A stretch of DNA of 63,980 bases, counting the filler, from Hausera hauseri (lineage: Eukaryota), in NCBI GenBank assembly GCA_046269625.1. It is 11 parts of 11 records of this genome, joined end to end, with 100 filler letters (N's around TTAATTAATTAA, not from the genome) between each part and the next. Parts side by side here need not be neighbours in the genome. Positions count along the whole stretch, not along the records: positions 58,172 to 63,980 come from JBJURY010185528.1; 10 more parts are not named here. One strand, given 5' to 3'. The notes beneath the pieces were generated by a model. It had not been told where the DNA came from and did no database searches. It saw only the letters and a program-made list of their open reading frames with translations. This document shows positions 62,000 to 63,980 of this stretch, piece after piece (the first letter of the stretch is position 1; every line of letters starts with the position of its first letter). Both the position numbers and the translations under genes were made by a program.

Positions 62000-63301
62000 A
62001 TGCATCCGCCGATAGAAATGACGCTTCGACCCATTCGAGCTGATCTAGGCACCAGCCTGGAAGATTTCTTGGCCAACCCCGTGCAGGTGGTGGGCCAGGC
62101 GGGCTCGCGTGCAGTGGCCGTCATGAGCAACGATCGAGTGGTGTTTTATGTGCATCCAGTCGATTTTGTCGATGCCATTGCTTCAAACGATTCTGTAGGT
62201 GACGTCATCTCTCTGGAGCGTGCCGTTTTGCCGGTTGAACGGTCCCACAGCCGTTCTGAAAGTTACCGAGACCGTTTTGAGTGGTTGGCTGGAGAACTTG
62301 TCAATGTAGAAAGCCAGCGCGCCAAACGCGGCGAGCTCAGCAAGGCCAGCCTGGGCATTTTGCGCAATCGTCTGGACGCGCATGTGTTGCCGCATTTCCG
62401 CGATGTTCGCCCCAGCCAGATCAAGCCGCGGGATCTGGATGCGTTTGTGCAGCGCCTGTCGGCGCAGAACATGTCCACCACCACCATTTCGCAGTACCTG
62501 GTGATTGTGCGCAAGTTGCTCAAGCTGGCGCGGCGCCAGGAGTTGATTCGCGATTTGCCCGAGATGCCGCTGGTCAAGGTCACGAGCCGCCCGCGCGCGA
62601 TGCTGAACGTGGACGAGTACCGTCGCGTGGTGCAGGCGGCTTTGCGTTTGTCGCGCACGGGCAGTGCAGCGCCAGAGGTCAAGGCGACCGAGGGCGAGCG
62701 TGAGCGTTTTTGGGTGCAGCCGCGCAATCGCACGCTGCCGCCGGACATGGCGTGGGCGATTCGCTTCATGGTCAACAGTTTTGTGCGCCCGGGCGATGTG
62801 CGCCAGTTGCGCCACAAGCATGTGCAGGTGGTTCGCAGCGAGAGCCTTTACTTGCGCCTGACGCTGCCCGAGACCAAGCGTCACGACACGCCCATGGTCA
62901 CGTTGCGCCCGGCGGTGCAGGTGTACGAGCGTTTGCTGGCGCAGGCGAAGGCGCAGGGCCTGGGCGGGCCGGAGGACTATGTGTTTTTACCGGCCGAGCA
63001 GGACCGCAATTACGCGCTGGCGGTGTTGGGCTTCTGGTTCAAGTGGGTCTTGCGCGAGGCGGGCGTGGCCACGGATGACACCTTTGGCCGCCCGCGCACG
63101 CTGTACTGTTTGCGGCACACGTCCATCATGTTCCGCTTGTTGTACGGCCAGGGCATCGACATGCTGACCTTGGCGCGCAATGCCCGCACCTCGGTGCAGA
63201 TGATCGAGAAGTTTTACGCCAGCGCGCTGAGCGGCGAGATGAACGTGGCCCTGCTGCAAAGCAAAAGAACTTTGACAAATTTTGCCAAGATGGTATCGTG
63301 A
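62000..63301 (+). CDS. Tyrosine recombinase/integrase with an N-terminal Phd/YafN(StbD)-like domain
   Basis: Core-binding region (HVLPHF..IKPRDLDAFVQRL..STTTISQYL); FVRPGD, ETK, LYCLRHT, ARNARTSVQMIEKFY; start could be 62000 or 62018. Confidence 0.88.
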   Translation: MHPPIEMTLRPIRADLGTSLEDFLANPVQVVGQAGSRAVAVMSNDRVVFYVHPVDFVDAIASNDSVGDVISLERAVLPVERSHSRSESYRDRFEWLAGELVNVESQRAKRGELSKASLGILRNRLDAHVLPHFRDVRPSQIKPRDLDAFVQRLSAQNMSTTTISQYLVIVRKLLKLARRQELIRDLPEMPLVKVTSRPRAMLNVDEYRRVVQAALRLSRTGSAAPEVKATEGERERFWVQPRNRTLPPDMAWAIRFMVNSFVRPGDVRQLRHKHVQVVRSESLYLRLTLPETKRHDTPMVTLRPAVQVYERLLAQAKAQGLGGPEDYVFLPAEQDRNYALAVLGFWFKWVLREAGVATDDTFGRPRTLYCLRHTSIMFRLLYGQGIDMLTLARNARTSVQMIEKFYASALSGEMNVALLQSKRTLTNFAKMVS

Positions 63302-63546
63302 CCTCCATGTCCACCATGAACATTTCTTTGCCTGAACCTCTCAAGCGCTTTGTGGATGAGCAGGTCAGCGATCGAGGTTATGGCACCAGCAGTGAGTATG
63401 TGCGCGAGCTCATCCGCAAAGACCAGGATCGACAACATTTGCGTGGCTTGTTGCTGGCGGGGGCTGCGTCCCCAAGGGTGGCCGAGCCGGACGCCTCCTA
63501 CTTTTCTGCTTTGCGCCGCAAGGTCAAGTCGGCTTCAAGTCAATGA
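63298..63546 (+). CDS. parD: ParD-like ribbon-helix-helix antitoxin
   Basis: MSTMNISLPEPLKRFVDEQV..GYGTSSEYVRELIRKDQDR..LRGLLLAGAAS; alternative start ATG 63307. Confidence 0.88.
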   Translation: MTSMSTMNISLPEPLKRFVDEQVSDRGYGTSSEYVRELIRKDQDRQHLRGLLLAGAASPRVAEPDASYFSALRRKVKSASSQ

Positions 63547-63713
63547 CTGTAGCCAAGGTGCACTTGCGGGCTTTGGCGCGGCAAGACGTAGAACAGGCGG
63601 TCGAGTTTTATATTCTCGAGCAGGCGCCGCAATCAGCCTTGGACTTGATCGACGAGGTCGAGCGCGCGTTCAAGCGCGCCCTGCGCGATGCTCATCTCCT
63701 CTCGCGACTGTAG
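63543..63713 (+). pseudogene. parE: ParE/RelE-family toxin, N-terminal half only
   Basis: ATGA overlap with parD; MTVAKVHLRALARQDVEQAVEFYILEQAPQSALDLIDEVERAF, then unrelated sequence and a stop. Confidence 0.75.
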
Positions 63714-63800
63714 TAGGCGTAAGTAGGTGCTCGCGACGTCGAGGAGCACCTGGCGTGCAATCCGTTCCTGAAGGCGCGGGTCGACGCGATGCTCCGCTCC
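63675..63800 (-). other. Unrelated very GC-rich fragment, possibly an outer-membrane efflux (TolC-like) helix
   Basis: RQVLLDVASTYLRLLQSREEMSIAQ pattern; abrupt GC rise in the middle of parE. Confidence 0.4.
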
Positions 63801-63980
63801 CGGCCCGTGCCGACCGAGGTGAGGCCGGCCTCCGACGCCTGGTGGGTGCCTCCGCCGGGACTGGCGTGGCGGGCTCGCGCGGCGCTGCCGGCCGTGATGG
63901 CCGCCCGCGGTGTGAAGGTGGGCGAGCGCTTCCAGATCCACCTCCAGCGCCCGCCCGACGATCGCGACCGGGTCCTGCTG

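Noticed and set aside
58120-63438. Many long antisense/alternative-frame ORFs in the bacterial contig (e.g. 58120-59322, 59861-60949, 61193-61909, 62183-62884)
   Set aside because: Shadow ORFs expected in GC-rich coding DNA overlapping well-supported genes.

Overview
This is not contiguous DNA. It is 11 unrelated contigs joined by an artificial 100-bp linker (44 N + TTAATTAATTAA + 44 N). Contigs 1-10 (1..58071) are AT-rich, animal-like repetitive DNA: decayed Ty3/Gypsy LTR retroelements, Polinton/Maverick fragments (two pPolB types, protease, integrase, penton), tRNA-derived SINEs, an RTE-like LINE fragment, a nearly intact piggyBac with TIRs and TTAA TSDs, and host-gene pieces (HELZ2-like RNB, BRM/SNF2, TRAF-like RING, a GPS2-like exon). 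Contig 11 (58172..63980) is GC-rich betaproteobacterial DNA. Three candidate undescribed systems stand out. (1) A Gypsy family seen in three divergent copies, whose pol frame continues past integrase into a signal peptide / FN3-like / TM protein. It then passes a conserved in-frame UGA-C(A/G)A-UUA readthrough-type stop into an accessory ORF, which ends in a degenerate ISG20/REX4-like exonuclease domain in the one complete copy. One copy also has a chuvirus-like glycoprotein upstream of the protease. (2) A bacterial cassette with two convergent porin paralogs around a DUF1800-DUF1501 operon. One porin lacks its normal 5' end exactly at a dyad next to a tyrosine recombinase with a Phd/YafN-like N-terminus, which suggests an invertible porin switch. 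(3) Gypsy Gag proteins preceded by a ubiquitin-like domain ending in Gly-Gly. All family assignments come from motif recognition by eye; no database searches were run, and boundaries of decayed elements are approximate.
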